Below are positions 49,390 through 58,792 of a DNA stretch of 64,000 nucleotides, piece after piece. Where the stretch lies: positions 6,084 to 70,083 of the forward strand of contig CAWKMN010000005.1 in NCBI GenBank assembly GCA_963850765.1, written 5' to 3'. Within the stretch, counting starts at the first letter, position 1. The number at the start of each line of letters is the position of its first letter. The position numbers and the translations under genes were made by a program. The notes under the pieces are model-generated. The model was given only the letters and a program-made list of their open reading frames with translations, was not told the DNA's origin and made no database searches. This stretch comes from an uncultured Chloroflexia bacterium (GTDB lineage Bacteria > Chloroflexota > Anaerolineae > Aggregatilineales > Aggregatilineaceae).

Positions 49390-50031
49390 ATGGCTGAGAA
49401 AATTGTATTAGAGGCGACCAGGCGGGACGTGTTCGGCAAGCGAGTTCGGCATCTGCGCTCCGAGGGGTTGGTCCCCGGCGTGGTGTACGGACCGACCTTC
49501 GAATCGGTGCCGGTCCAGGTTGAATGGCTCCAACTACGTCCGGTGCTGCGTGCTGCCGGCGGTTCGCACCTGATCCAGCTTCACATTGGGGGCGAGGAAT
49601 ATAATACGCTGGTGCGCGAAGTCCAGCGCGATCCGCTGCGCGGCGAAGTGCTGCACATCGATTTTTATCGCGTTCGAATGGATGTGGCTGTCCGCGCGGA
49701 CGTGCCGCTGACCACAACGGGCAGCGATACGGCGATCACCAAGAACGGCGGCGTGCTGCTGCAGGAAATGACGACGATCACGGTCGAGTGCCTGCCCACC
49801 GATCTGCCGGCGATGGTGCCCGTGGATGTGTCCGTACTGAAGCAGGTCGGGGACGCCATCCTCGTGAAAGACCTGCCGGTGATTGCGGGTGTCACGTATC
49901 TGGCTAATGGCGACGATTTGGTGATCTCCACGTCGGCCATCTTCGAGCGCGAGGAAGAGGAAGAGGTTGTCGCTGCCAGCGCCGAACCCGAACTGATCCG
50001 CCGCAAGGAAGAAGAACTCGACGAAGAGTAA
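49390..50031 (+). CDS. rplY: 50S ribosomal protein L25 / general stress protein Ctc
   Basis: RxxxGKxxxRxLRxxGxVPGVVYG N-terminus, and a two-domain Ctc-type length with an acidic tail. Confidence 0.85.
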   Translation: MAEKIVLEATRRDVFGKRVRHLRSEGLVPGVVYGPTFESVPVQVEWLQLRPVLRAAGGSHLIQLHIGGEEYNTLVREVQRDPLRGEVLHIDFYRVRMDVAVRADVPLTTTGSDTAITKNGGVLLQEMTTITVECLPTDLPAMVPVDVSVLKQVGDAILVKDLPVIAGVTYLANGDDLVISTSAIFEREEEEEVVAASAEPELIRRKEEELDEE

Positions 50032-50156
50032 TCCCGTGCGCGGGATGGCTGGTGAACTGGCTTCACACTCAGCCTCTCTCCATGTGGTGGAGAGAGGCGA
50101 TATGATCCAGCCGCCGGCCCGCACTCGAGTCGGAAGATTCACTCACTGCTGTCGGA

Positions 50157-50180
50157 AGGCCGGAAACGGCCTTTTTGTTT
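50157..50180 (+). terminator. intrinsic terminator downstream of rplY
   Basis: aggccg-gaaa-cggcct stem-loop followed by tttttgttt. Confidence 0.6.
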
Positions 50181-50184
50181 GGCT

Positions 50185-51039
50185 CTACTCCACATCGTCC
50201 GCGCCGTCGAACTCGGCGCTGCTGGCTTCCGCCTCGGCGGCGATGTCGTCCGGGATACGTTCGACGGCGCGCGCGAACACCAGAAAGCCGGTGTGACCCA
50301 CCATCTGGTCATCCGGACGGATGCGTGCGGGAATGGTCTTGTACGTGCGGCGCAGCAGTTCCTCGATTTCGAGCATATACCACGGACCACCGTACAGGTG
50401 ATCGGCCAGCGTCGCCACCTGATTGATGGTGGGCACAATCGCTCCAAAGAAGCCGCCGCCGCGCAGCGCCGCGCGCGCCTGTGCCAGATACTCCCACGGC
50501 TCGCGCACGTCCAGAAACAGCGCCTCGACGTTCCGCTCGTCAAATCCCTCGGCAATATCGCGCAGGTGAAAGGTCACATGATTCAGCAGATCGAGCCGCT
50601 TGAGGTTGGTGATCGCGCGCTCCTGCATTTTCTCGCGACGCTCGTAGCTGTAGACGTGGCCTTCTGCGCCAACGAGCAGCGCGAGTGTGAGCGTCAGTGC
50701 GCCGCTGCCAGTCCCCGCCTCGATGACACGCACGCCGGGCCGGATGCCGAGCTTCATGGCGATATATCCCAGGTCCTTGGGGAAGATGATCTGCCCTTCG
50801 CGCTGAAGATGGCGGATCAGGTCGTCAAGGTTGGGCGCGAGGGCGAACATCTTGTGACCGATATTCGTGGGCACTTGCGACCCATAGGGTAAGCCCACCA
50901 GGGCGTCATGCTCGATAAAACCCAGGTGGCACTCAAAACGCGCCCCAGCCATGATCGTCCGCATGAAGGTGCGGCGGTCCTTGCCGATCATCATCACCAG
51001 ATCGCCATACTGCATTATCGGATCGCTGGAAAGTGGCAC
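50185..51039 (-). CDS. trmI: tRNA (adenine58-N1)-methyltransferase TrmI (GCD14 family)
   Basis: N-terminal GCD14 beta-domain (GDLVMM..), SAM motif IEAGTGSGALT, and DVREPW. GTG start after AAGGAGG. Confidence 0.8.
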   Translation of the reverse strand: MPLSSDPIMQYGDLVMMIGKDRRTFMRTIMAGARFECHLGFIEHDALVGLPYGSQVPTNIGHKMFALAPNLDDLIRHLQREGQIIFPKDLGYIAMKLGIRPGVRVIEAGTGSGALTLTLALLVGAEGHVYSYERREKMQERAITNLKRLDLLNHVTFHLRDIAEGFDERNVEALFLDVREPWEYLAQARAALRGGGFFGAIVPTINQVATLADHLYGGPWYMLEIEELLRRTYKTIPARIRPDDQMVGHTGFLVFARAVERIPDDIAAEAEASSAEFDGADDVE

Positions 51040-51252
51040 ACAACCTCCTTGCCGCGTGCGGCCAATGTCGGGCGGCTATTATAGGGGCGGATGGGCAAAA
51101 CGGCCAAACGCATTATGTTGGCGTTTCGCTTGGAAGCGTTGTATAACAGTCTTACCCAAGCGAACGACGCACTTTGCGCAGTGCTCTTTTGATGATACAC
51201 TACAAGGCTAGCAGCCAAGCTACCTTACTTAAACGATGGAGAATGCCGGGTA

Positions 51253-51636
51253 ATGAAACGGATACTGGTGGTTGATGACGAAATCGGCGCGCTGACACTG
51301 ATCGGAATCATGCTGGAACGCGGCGGCTTTGAAGTGCTTAAGGCCAAAGATGCCGCACAGGCGCAGGACGTTCTGGAAATGGAGACCCCCGATCTCATCA
51401 TTCTGGACGTCATGATGCCGGGCATGGACGGGATCGAGCTGTGCCGGGTGCTGCGCGAGCGGCCAAACACCGTCAATCTGCCGATCCTGATCCTCTCGGC
51501 GCGCGGCGATGCCAAGAGTGTGATGAATGGCATGGACGCGGGGGCCAATGACTATCTGCCCAAGCCGATCCTGCATCATGATCTGGTCGCCAAGGTACGC
51601 CGGATGCTGAATCTCGACCCGGTTGCCGAAGACTGA
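51253..51636 (+). CDS. receiver-only response regulator (CheY-like)
   Basis: ILVVDDE, ILDVMMPGMDG, ILILSA and LPKP motifs. 127 aa. Confidence 0.85.
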   Translation: MKRILVVDDEIGALTLIGIMLERGGFEVLKAKDAAQAQDVLEMETPDLIILDVMMPGMDGIELCRVLRERPNTVNLPILILSARGDAKSVMNGMDAGANDYLPKPILHHDLVAKVRRMLNLDPVAED

Positions 51637-51666
51637 TTCCGCGACTCCTTTCAGGCCCATGCATAA

Positions 51667-51705
51667 CGTGCCGGCAGAGTACACCTCTTGGCGGCACGTT
51701 TTTGT
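51667..51705 (+). terminator. candidate intrinsic terminator after the response regulator
   Basis: cgtgccggc..(loop)..gcggcacg stem with one mismatch, followed by tttttg. Confidence 0.5.
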
Positions 51706-51719
51706 TGGGCGTGACCGGG

Positions 51720-51749
51720 TTGGTCGATTGGCAGGGAGCCGACTACAAT
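51720..51749 (+). promoter_or_regulatory. candidate promoter for the nucleotidyltransferase/PMM pair
   Basis: -35 TTGGTC (51720-51725), 18-nt spacer, -10 TACAAT (51744-51749). About 60 nt upstream of the GTG at 51809. Confidence 0.4.
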
Positions 51750-51808
51750 ATGTCTGAAATTGGCATAAGCCTTGGGATAAGCCACCTACTGATGGGGGAG
51801 AGGACCTC

Positions 51809-53104
51809 GTGAAGACTCCGCTGCTCGTGATCCTGGCTGGCGGTGCCAGCTCGCGCCTGTGGCCGCTTGAAGAAAAGTCACTCATCAAGTTTATGGGACG
51901 CCCGCTGCTGAGTTTGCAGCTCGAGAATTACTCGCGGCTGGGTCTCAACCATGCGGTGATCGTCGCCAACCCCGAAAACGAACAGGTAATCCGCGGGCTG
52001 AGCCGATCGGTGCCGCATGTTGAGGTGGAGGTCGTGGTCCAGACGGAACCCAAGGGGATGGGCGATGCGCTGCTCCGACTGGACGCGTATCTGAACCAGC
52101 ACGGCAACCAGCCGATCTATATCACCCAGGTGCACGATCTGACCGACGTGCTGCTGCACCAGCGCATGCTGACCGAGTACCAGTCCGGCAGCGCGCGCGC
52201 CTATCTGGCCGGCTACCGCGTCTCTGAATATTTCCCCGGCGGCTATCTGGAAGTCGGACCGGAAGGGCGCATCATGAGTGTGATCGAGAAGCCGGGCGCG
52301 GGCAACGAGCCGAGCGATCTGGTGAGCATCGTCGCCCATATCCATCTTGACGCGCAGCGGCTGCTCCAGCACATCCGCGACGAGTACGCCAAGCCGATCA
52401 AGTCCGACGATCATTATGAGCGGGCGATGGCCCAAATGATGGTTACCGACGTGTTTCAGGTGGTGCCCTACGAGGGACCGTGGCAGGCACTCAAATATCC
52501 CTGGCACGTGCTGGATCTCATGCAGGCGTTTCTCAGCCGCATCGATGGGCAGCGTATTTCGCCGGACGCGCGCATCGAGGACGGCGTGCTGATCAAGGGC
52601 AACGTCGTCATCGAGAGAGGCGCGCGGGTGTTCCACGGCGCGACGATCGCCGGGCCTGCCTATATTGGCGAGGGTGCGATTGTCGGGAACGGGGCGCTCG
52701 TGCGCGAATCCATGATCGGCGCGGGGGCGGTCGTCGGGTTTGTGACGGAAGTGGCGCGCAGTTACATGGCTGACCGCGCCCACACGCACGCCGGCCAGGT
52801 GCTTGACTCGATCCTGGACGAAGACGTGAATTTCTCCGCAAGCTGCACCACCGCCAACCTGCGGATCGATCAGGGCATCGTGAAAAGCACCGTCAAGGGT
52901 GAGCGGATCAGCACCGGGCGGGATAAGCTGGGCCTGATCGCGGGCAAGAAGGCGTTTATCGGCGTGAACGTGATGACCATGCCCGGCGTCAAGATCGGCC
53001 GCGAAAGCGAGATCGGTCCGACGACGGTCGTTCAGGAAGACGTGCCCGACTATACACGCGTGTGGGTCGAGCAGTCGCTCGGGCGGAAAGAGATCAAAAC
53101 GTGA
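51809..53104 (+). CDS. sugar-1-phosphate nucleotidyltransferase with C-terminal left-handed beta-helix domain
   Basis: LAGGASSRLWPL NTP-transferase motif. Hexapeptide repeats in the C-terminal third (IEDGVLIKGNVVIERGARV..). Sugar specificity not inferable. Confidence 0.75.
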   Translation: MKTPLLVILAGGASSRLWPLEEKSLIKFMGRPLLSLQLENYSRLGLNHAVIVANPENEQVIRGLSRSVPHVEVEVVVQTEPKGMGDALLRLDAYLNQHGNQPIYITQVHDLTDVLLHQRMLTEYQSGSARAYLAGYRVSEYFPGGYLEVGPEGRIMSVIEKPGAGNEPSDLVSIVAHIHLDAQRLLQHIRDEYAKPIKSDDHYERAMAQMMVTDVFQVVPYEGPWQALKYPWHVLDLMQAFLSRIDGQRISPDARIEDGVLIKGNVVIERGARVFHGATIAGPAYIGEGAIVGNGALVRESMIGAGAVVGFVTEVARSYMADRAHTHAGQVLDSILDEDVNFSASCTTANLRIDQGIVKSTVKGERISTGRDKLGLIAGKKAFIGVNVMTMPGVKIGRESEIGPTTVVQEDVPDYTRVWVEQSLGRKEIKT

Positions 53105-54469
53105 TCGACGCGAGCATCTTCAAAAAATACGACATCCGCGGCAAGTTCGGCGAGGCGCTCACCGAGGACGCGGCGCGGCAGATCGGGCAGGCGTTTGGCA
53201 CGACGCTGCTGCGACTTGGAGTCCGCGAGGTGGTGATCGGCCACGATAACCGGGCCAGTTCGCCGGCGCTATCCGAGGCGGCGATCGAGGGACTGGTCCG
53301 GGCGGGCTGCGCTGTGACCGACATCGGGTTGGCCGCCACGCCGGTGGTGTACTGGTGTGCCGTCGAGATGGGCAACGCGGGCGGCATGATGGTCACGGGC
53401 AGCCATCTGAAACCCGCCATGAACGGGTTCAAGCTCTCCGTTGGGATGCGCAACCTGTACGGCGACCAGATCACGGCGCTGCACGAGATGATCACGCATA
53501 ACGATCTGGCGGTGGGTGAGGGGCACAGCACCGACCGATCACAGCGTGCATGAGCGCTATCTGGCCATGCTCGAAACTAAACTGCATCATGCCCGCCCGC
53601 TGACGATCGCCGTCGATGCGGGGAACGGCATGGGCGGCGTGTACGCCGTGCCGCTGCTGGAAGCGCTCGGCCACCACGTGATCCCGCTGTACTGCGAGCC
53701 GGATGGCTCCTATCCCCACCACCAGCCCGATCCGCAGGACGCGGCGAACCTGCGCGACCTGACGGCGCTGGTCCGCGAGCGCGGGGCGAACCTGGGATTG
53801 GCGTTCGATGGAGACGCCGATCGCGTCGGCGTGGTGGATGACCAGGGCAGCCCGATCACGGCGGACCGCGTGCTGGTGCTGCTGGCGCGCGATACGCTGT
53901 CGCGGCATCCTGGCGCGACGGTCGTCGCGGATGTGCTCAGCACGCAGGTCTTGTTTGACGAGGTCGCCAAAGCGGGAGGCAAGCCGCTGGTGTGGATCAG
54001 CGGGCATTCGCTGATCAAGGCGAAGATGGCCGAGGTCGGCGCGCTGCTTGGCGGCGAGATGAGCGGTCATATCTTCATGGCCGACGACTATTATGGCTTT
54101 GACGACGGGATTTTTGTCGCCGGGCGGCTGGTGCAGCTGCTCGCGGCGCAGGATCAACCGCTGTCCGCGCTGATGGCGACCGTCCCGACGCTGTATTCCA
54201 CGCCGGAATATCGCCCCTACTGCCCCGACGAGCGTAAAGCTCCCGTTATCCAGGCGGTGTATGATGCGCTGGTGAACCAGTACCCGATCAACAGCGTGGA
54301 CGGCGTGCGCATCACGTTCGATCACGGCTGGGGGCTGCTGCGCGCGTCGAACACCGAGCCGGTGCTGAGTCTGCGCTTCGAGGGCGACACCGAGGCGGAT
54401 GCGCTCGAATACAAGCACATTGTCCAGGCGACGCTGAAAGAGGTGTATCCCGAGGTGGAGGAGTTTTAG
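53101..54469 (+). pseudogene. phosphomannomutase/phosphoglucomutase, frame disrupted near 53536
   Basis: The GTG overlaps the upstream stop (GTGA). KYDIRG and VTGSHLKPAMNGFK in the first fragment. DGDADR and GGEMSGH in 53516..54469. The junction GEGHSTD / DHSVHERYL needs a +1 shift. Confidence 0.85.
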
Positions 54470-54535
54470 CGAGTAAGCTTTCAGCTATCAGCAGTCAGCG
54501 AAAAAGATGCAGGTGGCAAGGTATCAGGAATTGAA

Positions 54536-54569
54536 AGGCCCGGCTCTGAACAAGGCCGGGCCTTTTATT
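54536..54569 (+). terminator. strong intrinsic terminator (possibly bidirectional) between convergent genes
   Basis: Perfect 9-bp stem aggcccggc / gccgggcct, 10-nt loop, then ttttatt. An A-run precedes it, serving the opposite strand. Confidence 0.7.
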
Positions 54570-54722
54570 GCGGTAGAGGGTGTTATGCAGTGACGCCCCT
54601 ACGGACGCTGGAATTTCCGGACCTGCCGGTTGTAAAGCTTGCACGGGGGAATTGACAAGCGCCCTCCCCTTTCTCCGTGCGTGCAAGCACAGGGGGACCG
54701 GGCCTATAGTGCATAATACTCG

Positions 54723-56264
54723 CTAGGGAGTCGTGGTCGGAGGCAGGGCTTCTGCGACGTCGCTTGCGGGTTCGGCATCGGGGCAGGCCAGGAGCGATCC
54801 CGCTGCGCCAAGCGAGCCGAGGGCATCCGCATTCAGGCGGACCAGTGCGGTGTCCCAGTTATCGGGCGTCAGGGTTTTGGTCTGCACCACGTCGCCGGTG
54901 TGCAGGTCGATCTGCACGAGTTCGGCGTTTGTCTCACCTTCGGGCGCGTGGATGGCGTAGATGTAGTCCTGGCTGAGCGTGCCCGCCACGATGTCGAGAT
55001 CGGGCTGCAAGTGGGTGATCTGCTTACCGTTTTCCGCGTCGATCACGAAAATGCCTCGGTGAATATCACCCCGCTCAACGGCCTCGGTATTCGTCAGCAC
55101 GTTTCTGCCCATCGGGTGATACAGGTACAGCTTGCTATCGTACACGCCGAGCAGATCCGTGGCGGTGATCCCGGCTTCGACGGCGGCGCGGTCGTCGTAG
55201 TCGAGGACAGCCGACGCGATGCCATCCCGATAGGCGAATGGAAAACTGAGGAGGTTCACTCCGTCCGTGATGTAGAACCTCGGAACCGAGCCGGACGCGT
55301 CCCAGGCGGTCATCAGGAGTTCGACCGGCTGCCTGAAACCTTTGGTGCGGTACAGTGTGGTCTCGGTGAAATGATCACCTGTCAGGAGTTCAACGGAGAC
55401 AAGCTGCAAACCAGCGTCGTGAGGGGCAAAGCCAACGATCATGGACTGGCTCGGTGAGACACTGAGTGTCATATCCTCGGCCGGCAGAGGGATGGTGCTC
55501 TCCGGCGGTGTGGCGCGCGGATTATAGACGCTGATGTGCCCGCTGCCCGCAGTGTACTGGTAGATACGGCCATCCAGTGTTTCTGTCCCGATCCCCGCCT
55601 CACTTGCCAGACGGCAGTTTGTGCGCGCGGCCAGATCGAGCCGGTATTGAGTCTGGAGGGGGCCGGGGCCTTGCTGGTAATACAGCGCCGTCCCCGTGCC
55701 GCTCGCCTGGGCATACGTCCAGTAGCCCTCTCGGTCCGCCGCGTTCACCGTCGTGATCTCGTCCAGCGTGTTGGGATCGAGGACATGAATTCCGCCGCTG
55801 TGACTCATCAGCAGCAGGTAGGTCTGGGGCAGGGCATCCGCCAGGACCATTTTCATCGCGGCATCACCGCCCGGGCGCGCGCGGTACCACTTGCCATCAT
55901 ATTCGGACGATCCGTTGGTGATTCCCTTAAAGTATACATAACCCAGATCGCCGCCCGGATCGGGGTAATATACGGCGGAATCGAAGGACTGATACTGATC
56001 CGGCGCGGTTTCAAACTGGCGGTCGAGCGTGTAGCCTTCGCCCAGCCCGGTGGGTTCTGCGATCGACCCAGCCTCGATATTTTCAAGGCTGGCCATCGAG
56101 AGCCAATCGGTAATGGCGCGATCGGTCACGATCACCTCCTCGTCCAGGGCCGGGCTGGTGATGATAATACGGTCAGAAGCGCCTTTAGCCTGCGCCGCCG
56201 GGACAAATGCGGCCAGCAGCGCCACCATGATCAGCAGAGTGAGGACAGCATGTTGAGTTTTCAT
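54723..56264 (-). CDS. secreted hypothetical protein (513 aa)
   Basis: Signal peptide ending AAQAKG. Beta-rich composition. No domain recognised. Confidence 0.5.
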   Translation of the reverse strand: MKTQHAVLTLLIMVALLAAFVPAAQAKGASDRIIITSPALDEEVIVTDRAITDWLSMASLENIEAGSIAEPTGLGEGYTLDRQFETAPDQYQSFDSAVYYPDPGGDLGYVYFKGITNGSSEYDGKWYRARPGGDAAMKMVLADALPQTYLLLMSHSGGIHVLDPNTLDEITTVNAADREGYWTYAQASGTGTALYYQQGPGPLQTQYRLDLAARTNCRLASEAGIGTETLDGRIYQYTAGSGHISVYNPRATPPESTIPLPAEDMTLSVSPSQSMIVGFAPHDAGLQLVSVELLTGDHFTETTLYRTKGFRQPVELLMTAWDASGSVPRFYITDGVNLLSFPFAYRDGIASAVLDYDDRAAVEAGITATDLLGVYDSKLYLYHPMGRNVLTNTEAVERGDIHRGIFVIDAENGKQITHLQPDLDIVAGTLSQDYIYAIHAPEGETNAELVQIDLHTGDVVQTKTLTPDNWDTALVRLNADALGSLGAAGSLLACPDAEPASDVAEALPPTTTP

Positions 56265-56325
56265 GGGTGTTTCCTCCTTGGTCGGTTTTGGAAGAAATAC
56301 ACCGCTGGCGGGGATCGGGTTCCCA

Positions 56326-56424
56326 GTGGTTGTGAGTTATGAGTTTTGAGTTCTGAGTTGGATCTGGTCCAGCAGCTTTTGACTTAAAGCGCATGACTCA
56401 AAACTCACAACTCGATTCAGAATC
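56326..56424. repeat. inverted GAGTTNT-type heptamer arrays
   Basis: gtggttgtgagttatgagttttgagttctgagttgg vs atgactcaaaactcacaactcgattcagaatc. Same family as 7317 and 7633. The right arm overlaps the stop of ORF 56417..57502. Confidence 0.7.
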
Positions 56425-57502
56425 GCAGCAGCACGCCCGCTGCGTCATCATGCGTTTTCATGCGCGGATAGGTCTCGTGGTCGGGATCGGCGGCTTCGGT
56501 TTCGCGCAGCAGGGCGAGATACCCGGCGAGTCCGCGCGTGCCGATCTGCTCGGCCATGTGGGCGCGGCGCCGCGCCATAAACTCAGCGGCCTGGACCGGG
56601 TCATCACAGAAGACTTCATCGGCGCTGGCCGGCCACTCAAGTCCGTCGGTCATGGCGCAGACAAACGCCGCGCCGTTGAGAGGTATCTCCCCGATCTTCA
56701 GGAAATAGCGCAGTTCGGGCAGTCCGTCCAGCACGCCGCCACCCAGGCTGGGCTGGGGAAGCCCGTATTCGTCCACGTAGTTATGGAGCAGGGCGTTGTC
56801 GCGGTTGAAGCGGCGAATGTCCGGCTGCTGCGCCAATTCGCGGAACGACAGATCGGGGTGATAGCGGCGCGACTGGTGGATGGTGCGCATCAGCGTATCG
56901 TCGCTGGCGAGATTGTGCGCCGTGGGGATGCTCACCCGCCCGTCGCGGTAGGCGACCAGCAGCGACGTATCACCCGCGTGGACATAGCGCAGGCTGTGAT
57001 CGGCGGGATTGTATTCCGCCAGTGTCATGACGCACGCGGGGAGGCCCAGACGTACGAGACGTGGATCGTGGCCGACGGTTTGCAGGATCTCGTCGGGAAA
57101 CGCCATTCGCTCCAGCGCCAGCGCGCCGAACAGCCGGATCAGCGCCCGGCCCAGATCCGCGTTGGCTTCGAGTGCCAGGGTTCGCAGGTCGGCGGGCATG
57201 CCCGTGCCGATCTGCGTGGCGAGCAAATCGCGCACGAGGCGCGCGGCGAAAGCCGCCGGGGTGAGTTTGTCGGGCAGCGTGTCCAGATAGCGCTGGAGGG
57301 GCGGCGGTGTCAGGCGAGTCGTCGCGCCATCAATCGCGGCAAAGATGACGCGCTCGGCCAGCGGGCCGGTCTGCATAACCAGCCACGCGTCCTCATTCAG
57401 ACGCCCTGGTGGGGTGTGGCAGATCACCTCGACAGCGGGGTAGGGGGCCTGCGATTGCACGGGATCAACTCCTGGCCGGACAAAAAAAGACACTCCGCCC
57501 AA
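56417..57502 (-). CDS. PP2C-family protein phosphatase-like protein
   Basis: NEDAW.., AAIDGAT, MTDGL and HDDAAGVLLRF are spaced like PP2C/SpoIIE metal-binding motifs. The start codon (TTG at 57502) is uncertain. Confidence 0.5.
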   Translation of the reverse strand: MGGVSFFVRPGVDPVQSQAPYPAVEVICHTPPGRLNEDAWLVMQTGPLAERVIFAAIDGATTRLTPPPLQRYLDTLPDKLTPAAFAARLVRDLLATQIGTGMPADLRTLALEANADLGRALIRLFGALALERMAFPDEILQTVGHDPRLVRLGLPACVMTLAEYNPADHSLRYVHAGDTSLLVAYRDGRVSIPTAHNLASDDTLMRTIHQSRRYHPDLSFRELAQQPDIRRFNRDNALLHNYVDEYGLPQPSLGGGVLDGLPELRYFLKIGEIPLNGAAFVCAMTDGLEWPASADEVFCDDPVQAAEFMARRRAHMAEQIGTRGLAGYLALLRETEAADPDHETYPRMKTHDDAAGVLLRF

Positions 57503-57519
57503 TGGAATGCCTTAGAGAG

Positions 57520-57591
57520 AGCGGGTAAGGGGATTCGAACCCCTGACATCCAGCTTGGGAAGCTGACGTTCTACCACTGAACTATACCCGC
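57520..57591 (-). tRNA. tRNA-Gly (anticodon CCC)
   Basis: gcgggtatagttcagtggtagaacgtcagcttcccaagctggatgtcaggggttcgaatccccttacccgct folds as a 72-nt cloverleaf. Anticodon loop is TTCCCAA. No encoded CCA. Confidence 0.9.
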
Positions 57592-57649
57592 AGAACTGCC
57601 GTAATTATACGGGCGAAGGCGGCTCGCTGTCAAGATTTCTAGAACGTTT

Positions 57650-57776
57650 ACCACAGAGGGCACAGAGATCACAGAGTATTATTGAAAGGAGAAAGAAAGA
57701 GGCAGTGAAAAGATGGTCTCTTCCTTTCCTCTCTTTACCTTCTGTTCTTCTCTGTGCCCTCTGTGATCTCTGTGGT
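57650..57776. repeat. 127-bp CACAGAG-family palindromic element between a gene end and tRNA-Gly
   Basis: Left arm accacagagggcacagagatcacagag (57650-57676). Right arm ctctgtgccctctgtgatctctgtggt (57750-57776). A purine-rich/pyrimidine-rich centre is also self-complementary. Confidence 0.8.
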
Positions 57777-57780
57777 GAAG

Positions 57781-58605
57781 CTATTTGAGCGCCGGGCTGA
57801 CGAGATAGACCGCACTGCCGCGGGTGGCCTGAATCACATTTCCCTGTGCCACCGCGATCGGTGCGCCGGCATCAATCAGCGCTTCGTCCAGGGTGAAGAT
57901 GCGTGCGATCATGGCGGGCGTCGCTGCGCCGACCGTGTCCACGTAGCGCGCGATCAGGGTGGCGGCGGCGTCTTTGGGGCGCATCCGCTCGCCGGTGGCG
58001 ACAGCGTCCGGCCATGCGCGGGCGAACGTATCCCACACGTAGCTGTATCCCGCGCGGGACCCGCTGGTGGCGCGGATCATCGCGACCAGATAGTGCTCCT
58101 GCGCTTCTTCGAGCGCGCGGGCGAACCGGGCTTTGTCCCGGCTGGCGGAGAGTCCGCTCTCCTGGCGCAGTACCCGTGTGCTAAGCGACCCCTGGTCGTG
58201 AATGACGTCGGTGATGCGGCTGGCTTCGGCGGTGAGCGTGCCGGTCAGCGCCAGATCATGCTGGTCGCCGCCCACATCCGCAGCGGGTGATACGGCATAC
58301 AGCAGGGCGAGCAGCGGGATCGAGACAAAGCCGGGCTTGCGGCGAAATGGCCGGCCATAGTACACCGTCCGCGCGCTGGCCAGCTCATCCTTCCAGGTCC
58401 AGTTCAGCCCCTCGCTGGTGCCGCGATCGCCAGCCGTAGCGTCGCGCAGATTGGGCAGCTCAAGCGAGGGGTGTCGGTAGAACAGGCAGAAGCCGACCTC
58501 GTCAATGAACTGCTGCGCCTCCTCGCGGGTGTGGAGCTTGCGCGCCTCGGTCTGGCGGTAGCGATCCTGCCGGTAAGTCTCTACGGCGAGCGAAAAATCG
58601 TCCAT
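57781..58605 (-). CDS. hypothetical protein (possibly winged-helix, AlkZ/YcaQ-like; weak)
   Basis: 274-aa ORF with coding-like composition. My recollection of similarity to winged-helix DNA-binding family proteins is weak and unverified. Confidence 0.4.
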   Translation of the reverse strand: MDDFSLAVETYRQDRYRQTEARKLHTREEAQQFIDEVGFCLFYRHPSLELPNLRDATAGDRGTSEGLNWTWKDELASARTVYYGRPFRRKPGFVSIPLLALLYAVSPAADVGGDQHDLALTGTLTAEASRITDVIHDQGSLSTRVLRQESGLSASRDKARFARALEEAQEHYLVAMIRATSGSRAGYSYVWDTFARAWPDAVATGERMRPKDAAATLIARYVDTVGAATPAMIARIFTLDEALIDAGAPIAVAQGNVIQATRGSAVYLVSPALK

Positions 58606-58792
58606 CCTCTGGGCTGCCTTTCGTGGGGAACACGTGTTCGTAAGTATAACGCCGGATCGCTCTGCTGCATGCTACGAGGATCGCGTCTTTGAGGAAAGTC
58701 GCCGTTCGCCGTGTAATTGAGTATGGCGTCGGGCCGGGGGCACTGGCTATAATGGCCGGCGCGGTATCAATGGACAAAATGATCGGGAAGCC

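Noticed and set aside
57520-58605. tRNA-Gly-adjacent genomic island or prophage remnant
   Set aside because: I saw no integrase, no direct repeat of the tRNA 3' end, and no phage-like genes. The neighbouring genes look chromosomal.
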